Source: a virus. Taken from it: DNA of 44,563 nucleotides. The stretch is taken from IMG/VR virus record IMGVR_UViG_3300044515_000031, positions 1 to 44,563 of that record; one strand, 5' to 3'. Below, piece after piece: positions 17,643-25,675 of the stretch. The translations under genes were made by a program, and so were the position numbers. Below the pieces are notes generated by a model. The model searched no databases, was not told the DNA's origin, and worked only from the letters and a program-made list of their open reading frames with translations. Each line of letters opens with the position of its first letter. Within the stretch, counting starts at the first letter, position 1.

Positions 17643-18335
17643 ATGGCCCTATCACTGCGCATGGCCACCGGCAAGAAGAACTTCACCGCGACCCGCATTC
17701 AAAACGCCAGTGGCGCCCTGCTCGATGCCGGCACGCTTGGCGTTGTTCCCACCGACGCTAATGACATCCCGATCTCGGCGATCGGCGGCGGCGACGACGG
17801 CGGCCCCATCACCACATGCGAAGCCAAGACGGTCGTGACGACAGGCGTCATAAGCGGATTCTCTGTCTTCGACACGGAACAGACGCATCCTCCCATCTGG
17901 TACCGCGTCATCATCCGCGACGCGAAGACGCGACCGATCTTCACACTCACCAGTGTCCGGACGATCGATGATGTATTCAACTTCGACACCTACTCTCCGG
18001 CATCGGGGACCAGCACTCCGGAATCCGGTATCGACCTGACCGGCACGCTTACGGGTGTCACCTTCGCCGACACCGACGGCTCCGGCAACCACTTCGCCAT
18101 CACCGACGCTTCCGGCGTGGAGTCCTTCGGCCTGGTCACAACCGATGTAGGTCCACTGGTTACAGGAGTCACCTTCATCGATACGGTCGACTCTTCGCAC
18201 TGGAACCTGGTCGTCACCGGCGGCGTGGAGGACTTCGGCCCCGCAACATCCGACATCGGCACACCGGTTTCAACGCTCACGTTCGCCGACGGCTCTGTGC
18301 TGTCGGTGGCAAGCGGAGTCCTTCACCACACCTAA
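17643..18335 (+). CDS. Repeat-containing fiber-associated protein (hypothetical)
   Basis: 230 aa. The C-terminal half holds three ~36-aa repeats (LTGVTFADTDGSGNHFAITDASGVESFG / LVTGVTFIDTVDSSHWNLVVTGGVEDFG / VSTLTFADGSVLSV). Confidence 0.6.
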   Translation: MALSLRMATGKKNFTATRIQNASGALLDAGTLGVVPTDANDIPISAIGGGDDGGPITTCEAKTVVTTGVISGFSVFDTEQTHPPIWYRVIIRDAKTRPIFTLTSVRTIDDVFNFDTYSPASGTSTPESGIDLTGTLTGVTFADTDGSGNHFAITDASGVESFGLVTTDVGPLVTGVTFIDTVDSSHWNLVVTGGVEDFGPATSDIGTPVSTLTFADGSVLSVASGVLHHT

Positions 18336-18349
18336 ATTCAGGAGTCACC

Positions 18350-20302
18350 ATGAAAAAGCTCGTCCTTCTTTTGTTCTCGTTCTCACCGCTGGCGGTTGCT
18401 CAGAGCATGCCCACCGCGGCGTTGAGCTGCAACCTGCTCGACGCCGGCGGGTACAGCAGCACGCCCAGCTATCGCCAGTGCCAGGTCGTCACCGAAGGCG
18501 GCATCAGCTATAAGTCGCTGGTCAATGGCAACCACGGCAACGACCCGGCGACGGATGGCGGAACGCACTGGGTGCCGCTCTACACCCTTAACTCGGTAAC
18601 ACTCGCAGCTGCGATAGGCGGAGCTCCGGTTGTGACACCTCCAGCACCTTCCGACATCATCGGCGACTTCTTCTTCAACTCCACCACCGGACTGGGAGTA
18701 AACGACTCCTCAGGTAACGGCAACAATGCCACCATCACCACATCGACTGGGCTGGTGCGCGACGGGTTGGGGTTCACCTTCGGCGCGACCAGCGAGGTGG
18801 ATTACACTGGCGGGCTCAATGGTGCGAAGACCATCTACATCCTGGCGAACTTCCCGCCCGGTGTGGTTGGAGTGATAAACAACCTGACCGCGGCGGTCCT
18901 CTCCAGCAGTAACGCTACCGGAGGCTCGCTGGAGATCCTGGGTTACCAGTCGACCCTCAGCAATAGCGGAGGCATCTACGGCGTGTGGGTCCGCGGAAAC
19001 GGCAGCCCTCTGATGATCGTCAGCGACGTATATGCGGGTGTGCACCTGATCACCGTCAGCTGTACCAGCAGCTCGACATCGGCTATCTATCTCGACACTG
19101 TGCCGCTGCCGCTGACTAGCTATCAGGCGGGTCCAGCGGCCTGCGCCAGCCTGCAGTCCAGCGGCCACTTCCTCATCGGCCCATCGGCGAGCAATCCCTC
19201 CCTGACGCCAGCCGGCATCACGGTTTATCGCGAAACCTTTGCTTCCGGCTCCCACACCGCCGCGCAGGTGTCCACGTTCGGCCGGGCCATCCTCAACCAG
19301 GCGCGCATCGCCGGCGTGCCGATCGATCCGATCATCTACAGAGGGACCAAGCGCAACTGGGTATTCGCGGGAGATTCGCAGACCTGCGGCACCGGCCTCA
19401 CCAGCACGCCGGCTTGCAACGTCGGCACTTATTCTCCTTTGGCCCATCCCACGATTGCCGTCGCCAACACAACCGTAAACTCGTACAACGTTCAGAACTT
19501 TGGCATTCCCGGTGAATACATCCAGGGCCAGCTAGCGGCGCTCCCCAGCGTCTACTGCCCGTTCGCAAACACGATCGACGGCGTCAGCAACGCATCGATC
19601 CAGGAAGGCACAAACAATTTCCTTACATCAGGCGTCACAGCGGCGCAGGTCTGGGCTTTCATGGCCGCATGGGGCCACAATGCCGCTGCCTGCGGTTTCC
19701 GTCCCATCGTGAACACAATGTCCTCGCGCGGCGGCAACGATGCCAACGGCACCAGTTACGACACCGACATGGTCACACTCAACGGCCTTATCCGAGCGAA
19801 CTGGAAGTCGGCTGGGTTTGCGGCGGTCTGGGACGGAGGAACCTGGCCGGCGTATGGCGCAGTCGGCGCTGCCGGCAACGCGACCAACTTCCCCGACACG
19901 ATCCACTACTCGGCGGCGATCCAATCAACGCAGGGCATTTCGGAAGCCTGCCTGGCAGATCATCTGGACGGGTCAAGCCCAGGCAACATGAATCCGATAG
20001 CTGTGACCTCCAGCCGCACGCTCACTTGTGCAGACGGCGGCCTCAACGTCAACGCTGTCGGCGGCAACGTGAACCTCACCTTCCTCACGGCGCAGTTCCT
20101 GACGGACCTTCCGATCCGCATCTGCAACATCACGCCGAGCGGCTCCAATACGGTAACCGCGACGGCGCCGTCCGACTTCACCTTCAACAATGTGTCTGGC
20201 GCGACAACGAAGACGGTCTCCGCGGGAACCTGCGTCAACTTCGTAAGTACCTGGAACGGCCTCACAACCTCTTCGACCGGAGGATTCTGGAAGACGATGT
20301 AG
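18350..20302 (+). CDS. Secreted LamG-like + SGNH/GDSL hydrolase protein (putative polysaccharide esterase)
   Basis: 650 aa with AGGAG upstream. The N-terminus MKKLVLLLFSFSPLAVA/QS is a Sec-type signal. The LamG_3-like segment is DSSGNGNNATITTSTGLVRDGLGFTFG. SGNH blocks are FAGDSQTCG (I), EGTNNF (III) and DTIHYS (V). Confidence 0.75.
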   Translation: MKKLVLLLFSFSPLAVAQSMPTAALSCNLLDAGGYSSTPSYRQCQVVTEGGISYKSLVNGNHGNDPATDGGTHWVPLYTLNSVTLAAAIGGAPVVTPPAPSDIIGDFFFNSTTGLGVNDSSGNGNNATITTSTGLVRDGLGFTFGATSEVDYTGGLNGAKTIYILANFPPGVVGVINNLTAAVLSSSNATGGSLEILGYQSTLSNSGGIYGVWVRGNGSPLMIVSDVYAGVHLITVSCTSSSTSAIYLDTVPLPLTSYQAGPAACASLQSSGHFLIGPSASNPSLTPAGITVYRETFASGSHTAAQVSTFGRAILNQARIAGVPIDPIIYRGTKRNWVFAGDSQTCGTGLTSTPACNVGTYSPLAHPTIAVANTTVNSYNVQNFGIPGEYIQGQLAALPSVYCPFANTIDGVSNASIQEGTNNFLTSGVTAAQVWAFMAAWGHNAAACGFRPIVNTMSSRGGNDANGTSYDTDMVTLNGLIRANWKSAGFAAVWDGGTWPAYGAVGAAGNATNFPDTIHYSAAIQSTQGISEACLADHLDGSSPGNMNPIAVTSSRTLTCADGGLNVNAVGGNVNLTFLTAQFLTDLPIRICNITPSGSNTVTATAPSDFTFNNVSGATTKTVSAGTCVNFVSTWNGLTTSSTGGFWKTM

Positions 20303-20321
20303 CCCTGTGCTGGACACGCAG

Positions 20322-20349
20322 AGCCCCGCTTCGGCGGGGCTTTGTTTTT
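20322..20349 (+). terminator. Intrinsic terminator
   Basis: AGCCCCGC-TTCG-GCGGGGCT followed by TTGTTTTT. Confidence 0.8.
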
Positions 20350-20405
20350 GACCGCAACCGCGATTTCCCGGTACATCCTCAACACCCACACGGGCGGAGG
20401 ATGCT

Positions 20406-21305
20406 TTGGACATCACCACAGTTCTCGTCAGCTCAGGCCTCGGCCTGGTGACCGGCGCCGCCGCCACGGCCGCCACGCTGCAGATGCTTATCCCGCGCGT
20501 CACCCGGCTCGAGGACTTCCGCAACGATATGCCCAAGGACTACGTGCCGCGCAACGAGCATGCGCTGGCGCTGGCCAACATCAACGCCACCACCGGCCGC
20601 ATCGAGGCGCTGCTGCAGTCCTACATCCTCCACGGCAGCGGCCTCGCCATACACGCCATCGAGGCATCCGCAGCTAACTTCGCTCCAGACGACGATCCCG
20701 ACACCATCGAGGCCTACATCGCCGGCGCCTGCCCGCGCTTCGAAGGCGTCGTCCCCCACTTCTATCTCGATACGAAAGGCCTGGTTACCATCGGCACCGG
20801 CAACATGGTGCCGGACCTGGACACCGCGCTCCAGCTCCGGCTGATTTCGCCGTCGGGGCAGCCCGCCACACACGACCAGATTTTCGCCGACTTCCAACGC
20901 GTCCGGCAGATGGAGCGCGGCCACGTCGCGTCGTTTTACCACTCCCTCTCGTCGCCGCTGCTGCCCACGGCCGCCAACCATGATCTACTGCGCTCGCGCT
21001 GCACCGAGTTCTACGCGCAGCTGCGCAGCTTCTTCCCCGGCTTCGATCAGTTTCCCGCGGCCGCGCGGCTCTGCATGCTGGACATGATCTACAACCTCGG
21101 CCAGGGCCGCGTTCCCGCGCCGGGTCGCCCCGGCAGCGGCCTGCTCAATTACACCCACATGTGTGAGGCGGTCGACCACGGTGACTTCGCCGGCGCCGCC
21201 GGCATGTGTGCTCGCAACGTTCACGACCCCGCGTTCTGCCTGCGAAACAGCTGGACCAGCGCGCAGTTCCTGCTCGCCGCCAAAGAAGTCTCACCCAAAA
21301 CCTGA
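20406..21305 (+). CDS. Endolysin, T4-lysozyme (GH24)-like catalytic domain with an N-terminal weakly hydrophobic TM (SAR-like) segment
   Basis: 299 aa with a TTG start after GGAGGA. FEGVVPHFYLDTKGLVTIGTGN gives E-x8-D-x5-T, the same spacing as T4 lysozyme E11/D20/T26. The N-terminus VLVSSGLGLVTGAAATAATLQMLI is Gly/Ala/Ser/Thr-rich. Confidence 0.75.
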   Translation: MDITTVLVSSGLGLVTGAAATAATLQMLIPRVTRLEDFRNDMPKDYVPRNEHALALANINATTGRIEALLQSYILHGSGLAIHAIEASAANFAPDDDPDTIEAYIAGACPRFEGVVPHFYLDTKGLVTIGTGNMVPDLDTALQLRLISPSGQPATHDQIFADFQRVRQMERGHVASFYHSLSSPLLPTAANHDLLRSRCTEFYAQLRSFFPGFDQFPAAARLCMLDMIYNLGQGRVPAPGRPGSGLLNYTHMCEAVDHGDFAGAAGMCARNVHDPAFCLRNSWTSAQFLLAAKEVSPKT

Positions 21306-21321
21306 TCACCGGAGAAAACAA

Positions 21322-21612
21322 ATGAACTGGCTCCAATTCCTGCTCAAGCTCGTAACCCTAACGCCCACCATCGTGGCCGGCGTCCAGAACCTCACCAGGG
21401 AAGCCAAGACCGGAACCGCGAAGAAGACTCTCGCTACCGACTCGCTCAACCTCGCGACCGGTCTCAGCCAGATCCTGCTCTCGGACAATCCGCAGGAGCA
21501 ACAGCTCGCCCAGATTGCTTCCACCCTCGTCAGCCAGACGATCGACGCGGCCGTGGTCGACCACAAAGCTGCCGGCACTCCCGGCTTCATTCCCGCAACC
21601 GCAGCCGCCTAA
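21322..21612 (+). CDS. Small N-terminally membrane-anchored protein in the lysis cassette (holin or spanin candidate)
   Basis: 96 aa with GGAGA upstream. There is a single N-terminal hydrophobic helix, WLQFLLKLVTLTPTIVAGV. Confidence 0.5.
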   Translation: MNWLQFLLKLVTLTPTIVAGVQNLTREAKTGTAKKTLATDSLNLATGLSQILLSDNPQEQQLAQIASTLVSQTIDAAVVDHKAAGTPGFIPATAAA

Positions 21613-21617
21613 CCCCG

Positions 21618-21639
21618 GGTCCCCGCTTCGGCGGGGACC
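21618..21639 (+). promoter_or_regulatory. GC stem with TTCG loop after the lysis cassette (no T-run)
   Basis: GGTCCCCGC-TTCG-GCGGGGACC. The core CCCCGCTTCGGCGGGG is the same as in the 20322 terminator. Confidence 0.4.
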
Positions 21640-21660
21640 TCCTCTCCCAAGGATTTCTCC

Positions 21661-24600
21661 ATGCTCAAGCTCGTGACGCGATCGCTCGCACGCCTCATCT
21701 TCGGACTTCTCATTCTCGGCCTGGCCATCTCCGCGCATGCGCAGTCGCCGCCGACCCTGATCAACTTTCTCGGCTCCGGCTGCTTTAAGGACGCGTCGGG
21801 CACGGCGATCCAGAACGGTGAGCTTCGGATCCAGCCCTCGAGCGCATTCAAGTTCGGCAGCGGCGGCCAGGGATCGTCCGATGTCATCGTTCGCACCATC
21901 ACGGCCGGCAGCATGGATAGCACGCTGCAGCTCGCGAACCCTGCGCTCACTTCGCCGTTGAGCATCGGCTTCACGGTCTGGGTAAAGAACCTCCGCACCA
22001 ACAACGTCGACGTATACAAGAACGTGCCGATCGCGCCAGACGGCAGCGGCAACTTCGACTGGTGCCAGCTGAACACAGGTTTCTATGTCCCCAACGTTCC
22101 GCACGCCGTTCTCGTCGGACCGCCCGGACCACAAGGACCACAGGGAGCCGCCGGCACCGGCGGCACCGGGAGCGGCTTTACGCTACGGGGTGCCTGGGCG
22201 CCATCGACGACTTACGCAGCTGCGGACATTTTGACCAACGGCGGCCAGACTTACGAGGTCGCAACCGGCTTTACTTCGGGAAGCGTCTTCGCCGCCACGA
22301 ATTTATCGCTCTGGGCTGCGAAGGGAGCGGACGGCGCTCCGGGTGCAACTGGATCTGCAGGCGCAACTGGATCTGCTGGGGCCACCGGAGCAACAGGCGC
22401 AACCGGAGCTACCGGGCCAGCAGGACCGACTGGACCAACTGGACCAACCGGATCCGCTGGGGCAACCGGATCCGCAGGGGGAACCGGCGCGACAGGCGCT
22501 CCAGGTGCGAACGGGTCGACGTGGTTTGCGGCGGCCGGCGCGCCATCCAACGGCGCTGACGCTGTAGGTGATTTCTACCTCAACACCACGACAGGCGACG
22601 TGTCGCAAAAAACCGCGCCAACCACATGGACCTTTCGCGAGAACATCATGGGCCCAGCTGGGCCAACCGGACCTACGGGTTCGACTGGAGCCACCGGACC
22701 CACAGGACCGACAGGGCCAACCGGCGCCACCGGTTCTACGGGTGCAACAGGCGCGCCGGGCGCAGGTGGAACAGTAAACACGCAAACGGCGGGCACTGGC
22801 GGCGTCACGGTCAACACGTTTGTATCTACCGACACCTCCGCACCCAGCAAGTTCATCACTTCGGGCCTGGGCTCTGTCGGCAGCGGCGTGGCGCTATCGA
22901 GCGCGGCCGCAAACTCAACCTTCACGCTCTCCGATCCTGTTGGCACGGTCCAGGTCACCACGGACGCGGGCGGCGCGATCGCGGGGCACCTCATCGGTGG
23001 AAGCACGGCCACAGCAGGTCTCGCGATGGACCTGGCCCAGACATCCTCGCTCAACATCTGCATCGAGACGGGGATCTTCGGCACAGCGTTGACCACAGTT
23101 TCAGGCGGAGCACTGGTTACCGTGAATCCGCGCAGTCGGGGGTCCAACGGCCACAAGGTTTGCACGGTCAACGGCACTGCTGTACCCAGCGCAGGCTACG
23201 CTTCAGCTTATGTGACCAGCTTCGCGCGAAGCCTTGACTACACAGCGGTCGGGACTTCGATCACGAACCAGACCGGCGCAAGCAACGTCACTGTGGGTCC
23301 GAACAACACGACTTTTGCCGGTTCGATTGGCTACAGGCTTGGAGGCGTCTTCACAAACGGCGGTATCAGTGGTGGTGAGACGTCGGACATTCAAAAGCTG
23401 GCTATATATCAAATCCCCTATATCCCGGCGAAGCGCGCTCCGCTCATGACCCTTGAGGACGCTACGAACAATGCAAACGAGACGGCCGGCTTCTCTGCGG
23501 CCCGGTGCGCGAGCTCCACGCCAGTGTGTCTAGCCCTCTACAGCATTCAGCACCAGGCAGCGATGGCCTTCATGAGCATCCCGTCGGACAATTACAACGG
23601 CACGACGCTGACGCTGGCCTGGGCTTCAACTACAACCTACCTGAGCGGCGACGTGGCATCTTCGGGTGGCCTCAACTACATCGCCACCGGCGGTGTCAGC
23701 AATGCCGCAGCGAACCTCAACAAGACACCAGCTTCCAATGCGGGTTACTGGTCTATCTATGTTCCGCCGACCTATTACAAGATAGGAGCGCAGACCTCGA
23801 CGAACATCACTGGCGCCTTCATCCCGGACGTTTCGCTCTCGTCGTCGAACGTGAGCAACACGCCGCAGGCGCTGGGAGAAATCTCGTCTGCGAACGGCGC
23901 GAGCATTATGCTCTCGGTGCCGACTCCGGCTGGCAACCCCATCGAGTTCGTCCATCGCATCATGGACGGCAACGGCGGGACAGCGAGTGTCACTATCGAC
24001 GGCTCCGCGCCCTCATCTAACTCCACGATCAATGGGTTCGCGGCAGGAAGCGCCGTCATCAAGTCGTTCTCGCAGGCAAACAATGACACCTATGCGCTGA
24101 TCTCCTACCCCACGACGGCAACGGGCGCGGCTTGCATCCCGGCGACGAGCGCCCTGACGTCCAATGTGGCGACGGTCACCTGCACAACCGCTTTTACTGG
24201 ATCCGTCAATCAGGCTGTTTCGTTTCTGAACATGAACAACCTGGCATTCCTGAACGGGCTGAGCCTCATCGTTCAGTCTGTCTCCGGCACCAGCTTTACC
24301 GTCAACTTCACCCACGCCAATGTTACTTCTGCGGCCGAGGTGAACTATGCGACGGCGACACCCGGTCATGCTTTGCTGGTGACCGTCTCTTCCACGCCGA
24401 CCGATGTGAGCATTACCAACGTTGCCGTCGCAGCGAATGTTGTGACGCTGACAGCGACCAACACTCTGACGGCCGGTCAGTCGATCCTTATCCACGGCCT
24501 CGGAACGGCGACCTTCCTGAACGGCGTGACGCTCAACATCACCTCGCGGACGGGAACGACGATTACGGCGGCTGGCACTGCCAGCGGCGCGGGCAATGGC

Positions 24601-25440
24601 CAGTGGACCCATGCGAGCTATACCAGCGCGGCGGACACGGGAACGGCCTCGGTAAACTGGATTGCTCCGAGCTGGGTGGGGACTTATCCATCGCCATCGG
24701 CTCCGGCAACCTTCGAGGCTCCGCGGCTTTATGTGCTCGGCGTACCGCCGCAGCAGTCCGATGCGAACTCGACGGTGACGGCAGCCTACAACACGCAATC
24801 GTTCTCGGACTTGACGGCGCTGATCGCGCAGGGAGCGCCGCTGGTTTGGGTGGACGTTCGTAACGGCAATGGAGTTATACCCGGCTTGAATCCTGGTACC
24901 GACTTCGACTCCGCACTTCACCCAAACGATCCCGGCCATCGCAAGCTGCACGATCTTGTCGAAGCTGCCGCGCAGGTTCGCGAGAATATCTTCAGGCAGG
25001 TGCTTTTCAACAACGGTAACGGCTCCGTCGCCGCGATCGAGTGTCAGATCACGACTTGCAAAGCGGGAAACGGAGTGCAGGGAGATCAGTCGTATGGATG
25101 GGCGATGAAAGATATAGCCATCACCGGCAAGATAACGGTGACGGCGCAGACTATCTATCTCCCCTCCAACACGGCCTCGACCGCTTACACTGCGACGGGT
25201 TCAGAGAACTCCATCCGCATGACGGCAAGCGCAGCTCGAACCTGCACCCTGGCCGCATCTCTATCCAGTGGCACTTCAATCAACATCAAAGATGCAGCGG
25301 GGACTGCCGGCACCGGCAACATCACCATATCCGTCGCATCGTCAGGAACAATCGACGGGTCGTCGACGCTGGTCATCAATACAAACTTCGGTGTCGCGCA
25401 CGTCAGGTGGATCTCGGCAGGTGTGTACGAAACGTTCTAG
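21661..25440 (+). CDS. Large Sec-signal protein with three collagen-like Gly-X-Y blocks (tail fiber or exported surface protein)
   Basis: 1259 aa. The signal-like N-terminus is MLKLVTRSLARLIFGLLILGLAISAHA/QS. GXY runs lie at 22117-22176, 22324-22515 and 22651-22770. There are internal domain repeats (LNGLSLIVQSVSGTSFTV / LNGVTLNITSRTGTTITA). A terminator follows. Confidence 0.8.
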   Translation: MLKLVTRSLARLIFGLLILGLAISAHAQSPPTLINFLGSGCFKDASGTAIQNGELRIQPSSAFKFGSGGQGSSDVIVRTITAGSMDSTLQLANPALTSPLSIGFTVWVKNLRTNNVDVYKNVPIAPDGSGNFDWCQLNTGFYVPNVPHAVLVGPPGPQGPQGAAGTGGTGSGFTLRGAWAPSTTYAAADILTNGGQTYEVATGFTSGSVFAATNLSLWAAKGADGAPGATGSAGATGSAGATGATGATGATGPAGPTGPTGPTGSAGATGSAGGTGATGAPGANGSTWFAAAGAPSNGADAVGDFYLNTTTGDVSQKTAPTTWTFRENIMGPAGPTGPTGSTGATGPTGPTGPTGATGSTGATGAPGAGGTVNTQTAGTGGVTVNTFVSTDTSAPSKFITSGLGSVGSGVALSSAAANSTFTLSDPVGTVQVTTDAGGAIAGHLIGGSTATAGLAMDLAQTSSLNICIETGIFGTALTTVSGGALVTVNPRSRGSNGHKVCTVNGTAVPSAGYASAYVTSFARSLDYTAVGTSITNQTGASNVTVGPNNTTFAGSIGYRLGGVFTNGGISGGETSDIQKLAIYQIPYIPAKRAPLMTLEDATNNANETAGFSAARCASSTPVCLALYSIQHQAAMAFMSIPSDNYNGTTLTLAWASTTTYLSGDVASSGGLNYIATGGVSNAAANLNKTPASNAGYWSIYVPPTYYKIGAQTSTNITGAFIPDVSLSSSNVSNTPQALGEISSANGASIMLSVPTPAGNPIEFVHRIMDGNGGTASVTIDGSAPSSNSTINGFAAGSAVIKSFSQANNDTYALISYPTTATGAACIPATSALTSNVATVTCTTAFTGSVNQAVSFLNMNNLAFLNGLSLIVQSVSGTSFTVNFTHANVTSAAEVNYATATPGHALLVTVSSTPTDVSITNVAVAANVVTLTATNTLTAGQSILIHGLGTATFLNGVTLNITSRTGTTITAAGTASGAGNGQWTHASYTSAADTGTASVNWIAPSWVGTYPSPSAPATFEAPRLYVLGVPPQQSDANSTVTAAYNTQSFSDLTALIAQGAPLVWVDVRNGNGVIPGLNPGTDFDSALHPNDPGHRKLHDLVEAAAQVRENIFRQVLFNNGNGSVAAIECQITTCKAGNGVQGDQSYGWAMKDIAITGKITVTAQTIYLPSNTASTAYTATGSENSIRMTASAARTCTLAASLSSGTSINIKDAAGTAGTGNITISVASSGTIDGSSTLVINTNFGVAHVRWISAGVYETF
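22117..22770 (+). repeat. Coding triplet repeats (collagen-like GXY), three blocks
   Basis: Blocks are GPPGPQGPQGAAGTGGTGSG; GADGAPGATGSAGATGSAGATGATGATGATGPAGPTGPTGPTGSAGATGSAGGTGATGAPGANG; and GPAGPTGPTGSTGATGPTGPTGPTGATGSTGATGAPGAGG. Confidence 0.9.
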
Positions 25441-25457
25441 CTGGCTAGTCCGGATAA

Positions 25458-25480
25458 AGCCGCCCACGCGGGCGGCTTTT
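25458..25480 (+). terminator. Intrinsic terminator
   Basis: AGCCGCCC-ACGC-GGGCGGCT followed by TTTT. Confidence 0.75.
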
Positions 25481-25490
25481 CTGCGTCTGA

Positions 25491-25512
25491 ATGCGACCCA
25501 CCGTATGCGACC
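25491..25512 (+). repeat. Two direct ATGCGACC repeats (putative integrase arm-type sites, left arm)
   Basis: ATGCGACC occurs at 25491-25498 and 25505-25512. The same TGCGACC core recurs twice at 25721-25749 in the same orientation. Confidence 0.55.
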
Positions 25513-25560
25513 AAAATCTAAACCGCACGAATCGCCTGTAACTGCGGTGCTAAAACAGAT

Positions 25561-25588
25561 CGGGGTTCGAATCCCTGGGGGGCAACCA
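25561..25588 (+). other. tRNA 3'-end-like segment (T-arm, acceptor 3' strand, discriminator, CCA): putative attP core
   Basis: CGGGG-TTCGAAT-CCCTG is followed by GGGGGCA, A and CCA. No complementary 5' acceptor strand or anticodon arm lies upstream, so this is a fragment and not a gene. Confidence 0.6.
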
Positions 25589-25675
25589 AGAGACTAACGC
25601 AACCCCGCTGAATACGCGGCGATTGCATCACACCCGCTCCCTGAGCGGGTTTCGTCGTTAAGGAGTATTTTCTCT

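Noticed and set aside
15562-17655. 697-aa minus-strand ORF
   Set aside because: It is an antisense shadow of the gpI-J fusion gene. It is Arg/Gly-rich and has no start context.
22117-22770. Highly repetitive DNA that could be mistaken for a tandem-repeat locus or CRISPR-like array
   Set aside because: The repeats are in-frame GGN-NNN-NNN triplets encoding collagen-like Gly-X-Y inside a long ORF. There is no repeat-spacer structure.
25500-25591. Possible complete tRNA or tmRNA gene
   Set aside because: Only the T-arm, 3' acceptor strand and CCA are present. No TGCCCCC 5' strand lies about 70 nt upstream, and there is no D-arm or standard anticodon arm (the ACCGCA/TGCGGT stem encloses a 15-nt loop). 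I treat it as an attP fragment.
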